Source of the DNA: Octopus vulgaris
Lineage: Eukaryota
Length of the DNA: 64,000 bases
Assembly: GCA_951406725.2 (NCBI GenBank)
Contig: OX597832.1
Span: 26,474,001-26,538,000, forward strand
Direction: 5' to 3'
The notes beneath the pieces were generated by a model. That model had not been told where the DNA came from. It worked only from the letters and a program-made list of their open reading frames with translations, and made no database searches. Positions 27,383-39,114 of this stretch are shown piece after piece (within the stretch, counting starts at the first letter, position 1; every line of letters starts with the position of its first letter). The position numbers and the translations under genes are program-made.

Positions 27383-30300
27383 ATGTGTTTGTGTGTCTGT
27401 CCCTCTAGCATTGCTTGACAACCGATGCTGGTGTGTTTACGTCCCCGTCACTTAGCGGTTCGGCAAAAGAGACCGATAGGATAAAGTACTGGGCTTACAA
27501 AGAATAAGTCCCGGGGTCGATTTGCTCGACTAAAGGCGATGCTCCAGCATGGCTGCAGTCAAATGACTGAAACAAGTAAAAGAGTAAAAGAGAGAAAAGA
27601 TTTTATATTATTTATAAGGGATTGCTGAAAAATTCTGGCTTTAAGAGTATTATGAAAGGCCTGGTAGAAGGCTCAACGTTCCGAGTTATAAAACACCTGA
27701 TGATGACCAGGGATCAAACCCATCGAAATGCATCCGTGGCCGTGGCACGTAAAATACTCCAATGCGACCGTACGACAGGCACCCATGCCAACCCCCTTTG
27801 CTTGTGAAGACATGTTGGGGCAAGCGAAATCGAATTGAACCAGCCAGGATCCCTGGTCTGGTGGTACGTAAAAAGCACTATCCGACTCGTGGCCGATGCC
27901 AGCACCGCCTCGACTGGCTTCCGTGACGGTGGCACATAAAATACACCAATCTGACCGTGGCCGTTGCCAGCCCCGCCTGGCACCTGTGCAGGTGGCACGT
28001 AAAAAGCACCCACTACACTCACGGAGTGGTTGGCGTTAGGAAGGGCATCCAGCTGTAGAAACATTGCCAAATTTAGACTGGAGCCTGGTGCAGCCTCCTG
28101 GCTTCCCAGAACCCCGGTCGAACCGTCCAACCCATGCTAGCATGGAGAACGGACGTTAAACGACGATGATGATGATGATCATCAACATCATTTTTACATC
28201 TGAGCTGACGTGGGTCAGATAAGGCTTCTCAAAACAGCCTTTGACAGCCAGATGCCTTTCCTGACGCCAACCTTTACTTGTTTTTCAAGTAAACCAGATT
28301 ATTTCCATTTCTTTTCCTGTCAAACTCTTGAGCTGCCAATCCGAGTGTTTTTGGTTAACATAAACAATATCACTACTGCCCAACAAGTGTCAACGTAAAT
28401 ACACAAAATGCACTCATATACTTACATACACACACACACACACACACACGTCATCATCATCATTTAACGTCCGTGTTCCATGCTGGCATGGGTTGGATGC
28501 TTTGACTGTAGTCGGCCAGTTGCCTCCACCAAAATGTCAGGCCTCGTACCAAAAGCCGCCGGCGAACTGGCAGAAACGTTAGCACACCAGTCAAAAATGT
28601 TTAGCAGCATTTCGTTCGTCTTTACGTTCTGAGTTCAAATTCCACTGAGGTTGACTTTGCCTTTCATCCTTTCGGGGTCAATAAAATAAGTACTAGTTGA
28701 GAACTGGGATCGATGAAATCGACCATCCTCCTCCCCCAAATTTCAGGCCTTGTGCCTATAGTAGAAAGGATAATTATTATTATAAAGGCGGCGAGCTGGC
28801 AGAATCGTTAGTACGCCGGACGAAATGCTTAGCGGCATTTTGTCCGTCTTTACGTTCTGAGTGCGAATTCCGACGAGGTCGACTTTGCCTTTCATCCTTC
28901 GAGATCGATAAAATAAGTACTAATCAAATACTGCTGGCCCTGTGCCAAAATTTGAAACCATTATTATTATTATTATTATTGATATTATTATTATTATTAA
29001 GGGGTGAGCTGACGAGTTAGAGGATTTTAAGTTCAAATCCTGCCAGCTGATGTTTCAGGAGGTTAAACGCTTTCGGAAGTGTGTGTTTGTACGAATCTTC
29101 GGACATCTTCCCATTAAACCAGTGTTCGAGTTCGGGTAAATGATAATTGTTTGACCTTGCCACCACGGGTCGTTCTGATAGGAACTAAGATGTCGATGTT
29201 TAAAGAAAAGAAACTACTACATGTTCACAACGATCGCCATCCAAATCGATCGGGCGAGGAAGCTTTCTTTCTACGCGGTTGATCGACTTGTTAGAAATAG
29301 CAACCAAATCTCTCTCAAACCTTAAAAAAAAAGAGAGAGGGAAGGACATGTTGGATAACGTATTGCTATGTATACAATATCTTAAATAAAATAGCAAATG
29401 GTCATCGACGGAATGCCTCTGAACAAGGCTGATTAAAGACTAAACAACAAACTTTCTATACAAAGTAACAAGCGAGACTTCTGAGGGTTTCGTATGCTAG
29501 AAATAACAGCTATATCTCTTCTCTCAAATCACATCCTAGCGTCTTAATAAAGAATCGAGACATTACATGATGTAATGTAGCCCTAGGTGATCTTTAAAAG
29601 ACTAGAATGCCTTTGGATATTTGATCAAGGACCGACACAAGCGGGGTTGTGGAACTACAACCCAAGTTTCAATAAATAATTGCAATTAAAAACGGTAATC
29701 TTTTACGATTACACCCGTCTCGTGAGACAGATGTGGAAGTAAATATTTACCAGAAAAGGACATGGAATTAGGTGGGAGAGAGCCAAAATGTTAAAAATTA
29801 AAGTTCTTGGACCAAAAATTCTTCCACAGAAGGAAATAACCACCCGATTTCAGTTCCTTGTCCCTTTTTTCTTCTTCGTGAGGCAGTGATAGCTATTCCG
29901 AAAGGTGTAATATTAGGTTGTCCCAAAAGTTCGTAAACACTTGCGAAAATTGAATTTTTACTCGCCAAGTACTAACAAAAACAACAAAAATTATTCCTCA
30001 AAATAAAGACCATTATTTTCCCAGACTTTCTACGAACTTTTGGGACAACCTTATGGTAAAAATTTACCATAAAAGAAAAAGGAAAGCTTCGATTTTAGTT
30101 CATTTGATACCTATAGGTTACCAATAACGTAAATCACATTGATAAAACATTGATTTTACGTTTACATAATTTAAACCGATTAAAACACATAATTAAATAC
30201 GATTCGACCTGACGTCCTTGTAATTAACCGAAGTTGCAAGACGGTTCCGATTTTGGTAATAATGTAAATGGTGGTGGATATTAATAGTGCATAGACATAT

Positions 30301-30418
30301 AGACAGGTGTTTTCTTTAACTTACCTGACAACAGTGGGGCTACAATTCGAGGCTGTTGTATTTTAAATAAAGGATTTTCTGCCAGGAAAATATTCCGAAT
30401 TAAAAATCTCGCGGCCAT
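20523..30418 (-). CDS. MRPS15: 28S ribosomal protein S15, mitochondrial; 7 coding exons, 291 aa
   Basis: Exons: 30325-30418, 26932-27027, 25662-25737, 24482-24530, 22905-22989, 21240-21298, 20523-20939 (876 nt, phases consistent). N-terminal basic presequence MAARFLIRNIF, KSGD motif, VPDNVRRLFTIEFAS and S15 core LEKKIAYLTLRIRALKKHLTSFRKDKVSKSMLSEKIAKRRKMLKEL. Confidence 0.92.
21240..21298 (-). CDS. MRPS15: MRPS15 exon 6
   Basis: IAYLTLRIRALKKHLTSFRK; taacag / gtgagt. Confidence 0.9.
21400..21905 (-). mobile_element. CR1/L2-clade LINE 3' fragment
   Basis: LVRPILEYGIQASSPYLLKDIHHLERVQKLATRMV...SYEERLKTLDLYSLEKRR...LRGHSEKL is the typical C-terminus downstream of CR1 reverse transcriptase. Confidence 0.85.
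21975..22215 (+). mobile_element. RTE-clade LINE reverse transcriptase fragment
   Basis: VVQAMYRDVVSNVKVGNEYSKEFSVHVGIHQGSVLNPFLFIIVL ... ELLYAEDFVL (degenerate YADD). Further RTE pieces at ~22510-22700 and ~37965-38220. Confidence 0.8.
22905..22989 (-). CDS. MRPS15: MRPS15 exon 5 (GC donor)
   Basis: QEIRDHEHHMLLEKIQEALGPDAFLEKK; cttcag acceptor; the phase-1 donor required by exon 6 is A/GCAAGT. Confidence 0.85.
24482..24530 (-). CDS. MRPS15: MRPS15 exon 4
   Basis: VPDNVRRLFTIEFASR; ttacag / gtaagt. Confidence 0.9.
24616..24841. mobile_element. mariner-like MITE in MRPS15 intron 3
   Basis: Imperfect TIR GAGGGGTACTGAGAAGTTCCTGG ... CCAGGAACTTTTCAGCACCTTCTC. Confidence 0.6.
25662..25737 (-). 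CDS. MRPS15: MRPS15 exon 3
   Basis: GDRMKREPLPDSTIKFWCQDIKELP; ctgtag / gtaagt. Confidence 0.87.
26735..26895. repeat. (GAT)/(GGT) trinucleotide array with ~33-bp higher-order period, MRPS15 intron 2
   Basis: GTAATGATGATGATGATGGTGGTGGTGGTGGTA repeated about 4-5 times. Confidence 0.9.
26932..27027 (-). CDS. MRPS15: MRPS15 exon 2
   Basis: NFQNVPSKGDRRFYSRVRKKERPLFPKLFKS; tcttag / gtttgt. Confidence 0.85.
27149..27590 (+). mobile_element. CORE-like tRNA-derived SINE with internal microsatellite (representative copy)
   Basis: Head GGAGTGGCTGTGTGGTAAG, B box GGTTCAGTCCC, core GTGGCATCTTGGGCAAGTGTCTT, internal (TA)/(TG)n and conserved tail. Other copies at ~1229-1912(+), 13383-13787(-), 17483-17897(-), 26275-26635(-), 35378-35802(-), 37416-37828(+), 46241-46620(+). 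Confidence 0.85.
29915..30051. mobile_element. mariner-like MITE in MRPS15 intron 1
   Basis: Perfect 21-bp inverted repeat AGGTTGTCCCAAAAGTTCGTA / TACGAACTTTTGGGACAACCT. Confidence 0.7.
30325..30418 (-). CDS. MRPS15: MRPS15 exon 1
   Basis: MAARFLIRNIFLAENPLFKIQQPRIVAPLLS, mitochondrial presequence-like; donor gtaagt, phase 1. Confidence 0.85.
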
Positions 30419-30546
30419 CGTCAATTACATATCGGTGTAAGGCGATTAGAGTTCACTCCCCTTGGTCCGAATTACTTTTCTTGAAGCAAACGTCCCGAGA
30501 GGTTGGCAGGTGCGTCGTAAAAAAAGTAATGGTTGTTATTGTAGAG

Positions 30547-30751
30547 CAGTGCTTTTCAAACTTTTTGCTGGAGCGGAACCCCAAGGAAACATTCCACCGG
30601 CTCGGGGAACCCCTGTGCAATAATTTAATAGTCTTATGCACACATATTTGCACAGGAGAATTAAAAATTACTGCCGATGATTTTAGTAGTTTTGTAACTT
30701 TTTGCGGAACCCCAGGACTGTACTGGCGGAACCCTGGTTGAAAACCCACTG
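30547..30751. mobile_element. hAT (Charlie-like) MITE
   Basis: TIR CAGTGCTTTTCAA ... TTGAAAACCCACTG; 8-bp TSD TTGTAGAG/TTGTAGAA. Confidence 0.8.
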
Positions 30752-32299
30752 TTGTAGAAGACAGAAGACCAGAAATTTTGAGGGAAGGGAATTAGTCGAT
30801 ACCGCACCGAAAAATATGCTTATTAATATTCTTTCTAGCTCTTTACGTTCTGAGTTCAAATTCCGTCAAGGTCGATTTTGCCTTTCACCCTGTCGGGGGT
30901 CCATAAAATAAGTACCAGTTGCGTACTGGAACCCCAATGTAATGGACTAGTCGAGTTGATTAGAACCCATTCATTCGATTTTCCTGATTTTCTTATATTT
31001 CCTTTTCATTTTTATATTTTGAATTTTTATCCGATTAGATTGTAACATCGTTATATGTTGGGATGTCCATGTTCGTCCCCTTCTATATAAGTCTTCAATA
31101 GACAAATAAAGAAAGTGTAATGGACTAGTCCGCTTTCCCTTATATTTCAGTCCGTACTCCTATTGTAGAAAGAATTTCGATACGTGGCCAGCAATTTTGA
31201 AGGAAGAGATCATTCAATATCATCGATCTCCAGTACTTTAAAATTTTATCCGATATTTTGTTTTATCCCAACAGGTTGGGAAGAAAACAAATATAACACA
31301 TCGTAACTTTTTTTTAATTTTTGGAAATTTCAGAAAATTCTGGTGAATTTGTGTTCTACACACGACGATTATGGGTAACGGGGGAAGGGGATTTACTTAA
31401 AATGCTCGAAATTTCAGACGAAATATCTTACAAACTATAGAATAATCTCAATAAAGCCAAGAGAAAATGATTTTATAAACACATTCTACCAGTATACGAA
31501 GTTTAACATTTTTTAGTTACCTAGAAATTATGTTACAAAGTGCCGTTCAAAAGGAAAAGACCCTTTTAAGTTTTAAACCCATCCCATCACTACCCATAAA
31601 TTGTAAAAAGTTCCACTCTTTTTCGAATTTCTATTTTTAGTGAATCAGAGTTTAAAATACGGACTGTTCCGAATTTTTTTCTTGAATCCAGCAATGGACC
31701 ATCCTTGAGTGCATCATCATTCCATTTAACGTGTTTATGGGGAGAAAAATACTGGAAAACATCAATACATGTCAGAACGGCAAAGAAGCGTGGAAGGTAT
31801 CAGGTAGTCGTGAGATGTGCTAAAAACAACAGCTACGTCGCCCTTAAATCACACACACAAAACAGTTGTTTTTATATTTATAACCATATAAACTCCCGTG
31901 TGTAGAAGACATATTCACAAAGCATTTTCTGAAATTCACCCCAAAACAAAAAAAAGCTATGAGGGGTTATATGGGGTGATTAAACCAGAATTTCACAAAT
32001 TCAGGCCATGCACCGACCGTAGAAAGAATTTAGGTACAAAGCCAGCAATTTTGAGGTAGGGGCTTACTCAATACCGCCTGTGACTTTGTAGAGAATTGAT
32101 AAGTTTTTGAATTGGACATTTTGTATGTTGCTCTTAGAGCCAAAGAACTGTCTTTGAAACAGAGATGCATATAGACTTAGATTGACTACATTTGGCAATT
32201 TTTGGACAGTCTCTTTTTCCCTTCTCTCTCTCTCTCTCTCTCTCTCGATAGACAGACAGACAGACAGACAGACAAATAGGTAAGTAGGTAGGTAGATAG

Positions 32300-32330
<31 letters not shown>

Positions 32331-32604
32331 TAGATACATACATACATACATCCATCCATCCATCCTATAACTTTAAAAAACTCTTTTAACAAATGTCGGC
32401 TATTTTTGGCTGTGGTGGACGGAAGGTGTGAGGTGTGGGCTGAGTTGCATTGAACTTGAATGAGAGGGGTAAGGTAGAGGTTCAGTCACGGAATCTAAAT
32501 TTAGAAATTTCCAAAACAGTGGGCGGGGCTTCGTGGAAGACGACAATCGATTATGATGGACGCCGCATACATATATGTACGTAAATGCACGGACACATGC
32601 ATAC

Positions 32605-32727
<123 letters not shown>

Positions 32728-32731
32728 CACT

Positions 32732-32932
32732 GGAGTAAACACATAAATGTGAAAAAAGGTGGAAAAAAGAGTACTCAAATACCAGTGGTAGAGTAATATG
32801 CTTTATTTAAAGCAGCAGAAAATTCAACAAAACCTGTTACTCTGAGTTTCCCGTTGCCGTTCGTCGGACAGGAACGGCAACGGGAAACTCAGAGTAACAG
32901 GTTTTGTTGAATTTTCTGCTGCTTTAAATAAA

Positions 32933-32938
<6 letters not shown>
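32732..32938. mobile_element. Palindromic Penelope-like/retrozyme-type element with hammerhead-like core, copy 2
   Basis: Near-identical to 1428-1660 but with a different palindrome centre. Minus strand 32871-32834 reads CTGT CCGACGA ACGGCAACGG GAAA CTCAGAG TA ACAG. Flanked by (TA)n/(GATA)n. Confidence 0.65.
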
Positions 32939-33006
<68 letters not shown>

Positions 33007-33516
33007 CTAGCAGTATCGCCCGGCGTTGCTCGGGTTTGTAAGGGAAATAACTATATAAGCATTTTTAGAGAGTTCTCTTATAGATGCCAATTCGTGCTTT
33101 CTTAGCCATTTCTGTTTTGGTGTCTTCAAGCCATGAAGTCGTTGTTCTAAAAGAACGCTGGTCTCCTTGACAACGCATTACGACGTTGATTTCTTTACAC
33201 TCCCTTCCCCACAGCTTCACGAGGGAGGGAAGAAGGGGGAGAAGCAAACACAGGTGCAGGTGTTTGAGCGTGGACGCCAACTCCGCCGCCATCGACACAC
33301 GAAAAATTATGCATTAAAATGGAATAAAAAATTATGTTAAATTATTTTTAAAATCGTAGACTCATCGTAGACGTGCGCTAATACTCAGACGGGCTTGATA
33401 TGAATCACGACTATAAGATACCCGAATTTGGTTAAACTGCACCGCAAAATGTGGGAGTAGTTAGGAATCTAAATCGTAGGAGACAGACACTCACACAACT
33501 ACAGTTTTATATATAA

Positions 33517-33519
<3 letters not shown>
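33007..33519 (-). mobile_element. Non-autonomous Helitron
   Basis: Minus strand starts A/TC(TTTATATAT) and ends with hairpin CCCGAGCAACGCCGGG, 8 nt, CTAG/T. Confidence 0.75.
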
Positions 33520-33583
<64 letters not shown>

Positions 33584-33736
33584 GATAGATAGATAGATAG
33601 ATAGATATATATATACATATATAGATATAGATATATACACACACACAAGCACACACTCACGCCATACATACACACACATGCAGCTTTTAGATCGCTGAGG
33701 AAAGGAAAGGGAGGTGGGTGTGAGGAGTAGGTAGCT

Positions 33737-34393
33737 TGGATCTTTTCGTTTTGACCGGCAGATTTAAAAAACAATTTCTTTGTAACTAAACACTTTTAAA
33801 CTTCGTATACTGGTAGAATGTGTCACATAAGACATCTTTTTCTCTTGGCTTTCTTGGGAAAATTCTGTAGTTTGTACGAAAGGTAAGAAATTTAACAACG
33901 AATAGCTTACAAACTACAGAATTTTCTCAATAAAGCCAAAAGAAAAAGATGTTTTATGTAACACATTCAGATCTAGAAAAAAATCCCATTTTCCGTAGCG
34001 GTGTGATATGAAATTGTCACCCATAATTATAAATTGCATTTCAATCTATTTTAGGGTTAGGGTTAGGGTTAAGGGTGGAGGAAGGGTATCTTTTTTTCTT
34101 CGCAAATGTAAATAAACCCAATCTGTTTCTTAAACGAGGGACATATTCATTCAGCACGGAATGTTTTCACCCCAAATGGAGGTCAGCGATTGGTTAAAAT
34201 TGCCGAAATGCTCGAAATTAAAGTCGAAATATGTTACAACATATAGAATTTTCTCAATAAAGCCAAGAAAAAAATGATGTCTTATAAACACAAAAGGAAA
34301 AGATCCACACATTCTACCAGTAAACGAAGTTTAAAAGTGTTTAGTTACATAGAAATTAAGTTTTAAATCTGTCGGTCAAAGCGAAAAGATCCA
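33737..34393. mobile_element. Long-TIR foldback DNA element (MULE-like MITE)
   Basis: TIRs of 80 bp or more: TGGATCTTTTCGTTTTGACCGGCAG ... CTGTCGGTCAAAGCGAAAAGATCCA. Flanks GTAGGTAGCT / GTAGTAGCT resemble a 9-10 bp TSD. A partial relative lies at ~31400-31562. Confidence 0.7.
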
Positions 34394-34610
34394 GTAGTAG
34401 CTTTAAAGAGGGGTGGGGGAGATTGTGAAGATGTGGACAGTTGTTCACATGCAGCATTTCTGCTGTCCATCGCACACACACACACACACACAGACATACA
34501 TACACGCACACACACACACACACACAGACATACATACACGCACACACACATACACGCACACACATACACATACACGCACATACACACACACAAATACACG
34601 CATACACATA

Positions 34611-34649
<39 letters not shown>

Positions 34650-34784
34650 CCACACATACGCATTCATATGTAAAGCTGGTAAAAACCCTGAGTAGAAGCA
34701 AGGAAAGGGAGAGGGTGTTATAAATTAATATGCAGTGGTAAGGGGATGGTAAGGTTATATAGGCTGTCGCTCAGATCGTCAACA

Positions 34785-34859
<75 letters not shown>

Positions 34860-34982
34860 GTCTCTCTCTCTCTCTCTCTCTCGTCACATTAAAGAAACAG
34901 GTGCAATCACTCAACGAGTTAACTGAAGCCAACGATTAAAGAATTATGTGTGTGTATGTGTGTGTATCATTTTATTCCTTTA

Positions 34983-35376
34983 CTAGCAGTATCGCCCGGC
35001 GTTGCTCGGGTTTGTTTCGACCCTTTACAATTGGAATTTTTGAAAAGTAAAAATTTTGCATTATGTAGCTTGTTATTCTCTTTAAGTGAACATTTTTCTG
35101 GTTGAAATACACCGAAAAATGGCAACACAGCAGTAAAAAAACATCATAAAAATAGGGATTTTCATAGAAAAAAAGCACCTTTTTGATGTAAATAATTTTT
35201 GGTGTTAACATGGTCCGATTTGAATTTTTTCTTCTAGGGAATGAAGAGCAAGCCTTCTTCTATCATACTCTCAATTTTGGTCAACTTGCGCCGCAGGGTC
35301 TTGGAGGAGATAGTGTTAGTTGAAGGCTACCAAACCTGCCGCACACTGAAGACAACTTCAGCTTTATATATATAGA
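34983..35376 (-). mobile_element. Non-autonomous Helitron
   Basis: Minus strand starts A/TCTATATATATAAA and ends with the same hairpin plus CTAG/T as 33007-33519. Confidence 0.75.
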
Positions 35377-35807
35377 TTTGTTTCAGTCATTCTGACTGCG
35401 GCCATGCTGGAGCATCGCCTTTTAGTCGAAGAAATCAACCCCAGGAACTTACGCTTTGTAAGCCTGGTACTTATTCTATCGGTTTCTTTTGCTGAACCGC
35501 TAAGTTACAGGGACATAAACATACCAACATCAGTTGTCAAGCAATGGTGGAGGGACAAATACATAAATATATACATATATACATACATACATGCATATAT
35601 ATATATATATTATATATATTTATATATATATATATATACATATATACGATGGGCCTCTTTCAGTTTCCATCTACCAAATCCACTCACAAGCCTTTGGTCG
35701 GCCCGAGGCTATAGCAGAAGACACTTGCCCAAGGTGCCACACAGTGGGATTGAACCCGGAACCATGTGGTTGGGAAGCAAGCTTCTTACCACACAGCCAT
35801 GCATATA

Positions 35808-36026
35808 CAGCAATCCCTTGATTATCACAGGTGTTATATTCCAAAATCCCCCGCGACAGGTCAAAATCCACAAAGTAGAAACAGTACGGCACTGTATATT
35901 TTTTTGATTATTTTTATATTTTCTATATATTTATTTTATTATAAATGCAAAACACCACGGAGGAACTAACGTAAGCTTAAATAATAAACTGCAATAGGAG
36001 AACCGTGAAATGGCGAGGGATTACTG
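35808..36026. mobile_element. Tigger/pogo-like MITE
   Basis: TA/CAGCAATCCCTTG ... CGAGGGATTACTG terminal inverted repeats. Confidence 0.65.
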
Positions 36027-36069
36027 GAACTATATGACAGACGTTTATCATACACACATTTTATGAGAA

Positions 36070-37960
36070 GACTCTAATAATGATATTGAAAGGGTTGTGG
36101 CTTGGAAAACTTTGTCTCCTCCCTTCCAGTTTTACAAGAAACCCAAGATGCATGACAAGACACAAGATGCCATGACTTATGGTTGTAACTATGGACGTCC
36201 GGATCTTCTCTTCCCATTCTCTTGCAATCCTAAATGTAATGAAATCCAAGCAGAGCTTTTTTTGTTTGCAGTGCAATTCTACACAAATAGACATGATCCA
36301 ATTGGAAAAACTGTGATTTAGGAGTTCCAGTATCAATATGGCTAAAAGACAGAAATCGTCTGGTAAAAGATTACAAATACCACATTCAGTTGCAAATATC
36401 CTGGCCGGAATATAAAGTACAATGATGGAATCGACAATACACCATTATCTTCACAAGTGTTGTTTTTTTTTTTTTACGAAAGGAACTGAATCGCATGAGT
36501 TTGGTCTTCCTCAAACCAATTGTTCTGAAGTTAATAGTTTGACAACAGAACTTTTATAAAAACTTCTTACAACAATGAAGACCTGTCAAAATATATTTGT
36601 AAAAAACAAAGCCAAACTGTTGCATGAACAAAGAGTATTTTACACAAAAGGGTTCTTTTTTTATCGAAGGGGAGAACTTTTTGTTTTATCCTGATGCCCT
36701 GCCAGGAACTGGCAAAACATTTGACTCTTAACAGTTCCTTGCCAAAGTCTGACAACAGAAAAAAAATAGCTTTGGCTGTTACTTCTTGAGATATTGCTGC
36801 TATGCTACTTCCAGGACAAACAGCTCATTCTGCTTTCAGATTGCCCTTAAAAATTTAATTAACAATAATTTGGTTAACAATATACCAATTTGTAATATTA
36901 GTAAAACAGCTAGGATGGAGCAGGTACTAAGGAGGTCTTAACTCATTGTTTAGGATGAGTGCACAATGGTAAACAAAGTCTTTGGAAGCTCTGAATTGAA
37001 GCTTGCAAGACTTAAGAAATTCTAAAGTATTGATGGGTGGAGTTACCACTGTACTACCAGGGGACTTTTGCCAGACTTTGCCTGTAATACTAAAAGGTAC
37101 TAAAGTGGATGAGTTAATGGCTTGCTTGAAATCATAATATCTGTGGAGACATATAAAAAGAATGAGCCTAACTAAGGATATAAGAGTGACACTTTTGGGT
37201 GATGATTTGTCTGAAAAATTTGTTCAGAATTTATTGACACTTGGAGAAGGTCGAGTAACTCTTGATAGAAATAATTATCTAGATACATCTCTAATTAGTA
37301 CATCAGTTTCATCATTCAATGAACTAATAACAAAAGTGTTTCCAAATTTTCAGGATTACCAACAAAACCATATTTACATGAAAGGGCAATTCATGCACCA
37401 AAAAATATCATTGTCTGCAGGAGTGGCTGTGTGGTAAGTAGCTTGCTAACCAACCACATGGTTCCGGGTTCAGTCCCACTGCGTGGCATCTTGGGCAAGT
37501 GTCTTCTACTATAGCCCCGGGCCAACCAATACCTTGTGAGTGGATTTAGTAGACGGAAACTGAAAGAAGCCTGTCGTATATATGTATGTATATATATATA
37601 TAAGTGTGTGTGTATATGTTTGTGTGTCTGTGTTTGTCCCCTTAGCATTGCTTGACAATCGATGCTGGTGTGTTTACGTCCCCGTCACTTAGCGGTTCGG
37701 CAAAAGAGACTGATAGAATAAGTACTGGGCTTACAAAGAATAAGTCCTGGGGTCGATTTGCTCGACTAAAGGCGGTGCTCCAGCATGGCCGCAGTTAAAT
37801 GACCGAAACAAGTAAAAGAGTAAAGAGTATAAAACAATATGCTATTCAATTGCAAAGATCTATAAATCTGTAGATTCAATTCCAGATCCTGTAGAGGTTG
37901 TTAACTACCTGGTCAAATTCTTAAATTCTTTGGAACTTCCTGGGCTCCCATCAAACCACT
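36070..37960 (+). mobile_element. Decayed autonomous Helitron (Rep plus PIF1-like helicase remnants), interrupted by a SINE
   Basis: Rep-like MHDKTQDAMTYGCNYGRPDLLFPFSCNPK. Helicase-like IALAVTS*DIAAMLLPGQTAHSAFRLPL, DECTM, GGVTTVLPGDFCQTLPVI, YLWRHIKRMSLTKDIR and YKSVDS...VNYLVKFLNSLELPGLP. Many stops and frameshifts. Confidence 0.88.
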
Positions 37961-39108
37961 TCAGAGAACCCCTACTTCTACTGGCAACAAAGGGGCCTCT
38001 TCCTCAGAATGAAAGGCAGATTGTATGATGCCTGTGTGTGAACACCTATGCTATACGGCAGTGAAACATGGGCTGTGACAACTGAGGACATGCATAGGCT
38101 TGAAAGAAATGAAGCCAGTATGCTTCACTGGATGTGCAAAGTCAATGTACATGTTTGACAGAGTGTAAGCATCTTGAGAGAAAGGTTGGGCATAAAAGGC
38201 ATCAGATATGCAAGAGAGATGGCAGCTGCAGGTCTTTGATATTGTGTACTGAAACTGAAATATACCAGTGAGTTTCTCAACAACAGACAGAAAACACCTG
38301 GAGTGTCATATTAAAGACTTATACTGAAACAAAAAAATAATCTAAATTATGCTTTGCAGGTACCTAGGTGTTCCATGTTGGTGTAATAATGCTTTAATAT
38401 TGTTTTAACAAAATACGGCGAGCTGGCAGAACCGTTAGCACGCTGGGCGAAATATATCGCGGTATTCCGTTTGCCATTACGTTCTGAGTTCAAATTCTGC
38501 CGAGGTCGACTTTGCCTTCAATCCTTTTGGGGGTCACTGAAATCTCAGAGTTACAAGGTAAATGCATGATTAATTTAAAACAACAGCATCCTCATCGTTT
38601 AAAGTCCGTTTTCCATGCTCGACTTTGATTCCTCATAACTTTCTGGAAAATACATGATTTTTTTCAATGAAATTTTAGAGTGTAGATGGAGATTACCTGA
38701 ATAAAATTCTTGTTTCGGATCATTCTCCCCCCACCTGACATTTTGACTTTGTTAACACCAATTTCTGTAATTTGTTTTTTTTTTCAGATTCATGTTTAAA
38801 ACATCAACTTTACGTATTTCTATAAAATATAGTTTTAAAATATACATTTTAAAGAACGAGTTATGAGGAAGTAAAGTCGCGAGGCGGTTAAATAAGCTGA
38901 AAGACCTCTAAAAAAGAAAGAAAAAATTAAATGTCACGATATTTGTAATGTACACCATCGAAAACATACCTCTACAAAATTTCATTTTAAAAATCTGTAG
39001 CATTTATAAATTACGAAGGAACAAAGTTGTGGAGCCTCAAACTGTAATTATGCCATTATGGTTTGCAAAAAATCGATGTAACAACAAGCAAAATTAGTAG
39101 AAAACTAT

Positions 39109-39114
39109 TTTATT
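39109..39114 (-). promoter_or_regulatory. Putative polyadenylation signal of SARAF
   Basis: CGA TAA AATAAA: the hexamer directly abuts the stop codon. Confidence 0.45.
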
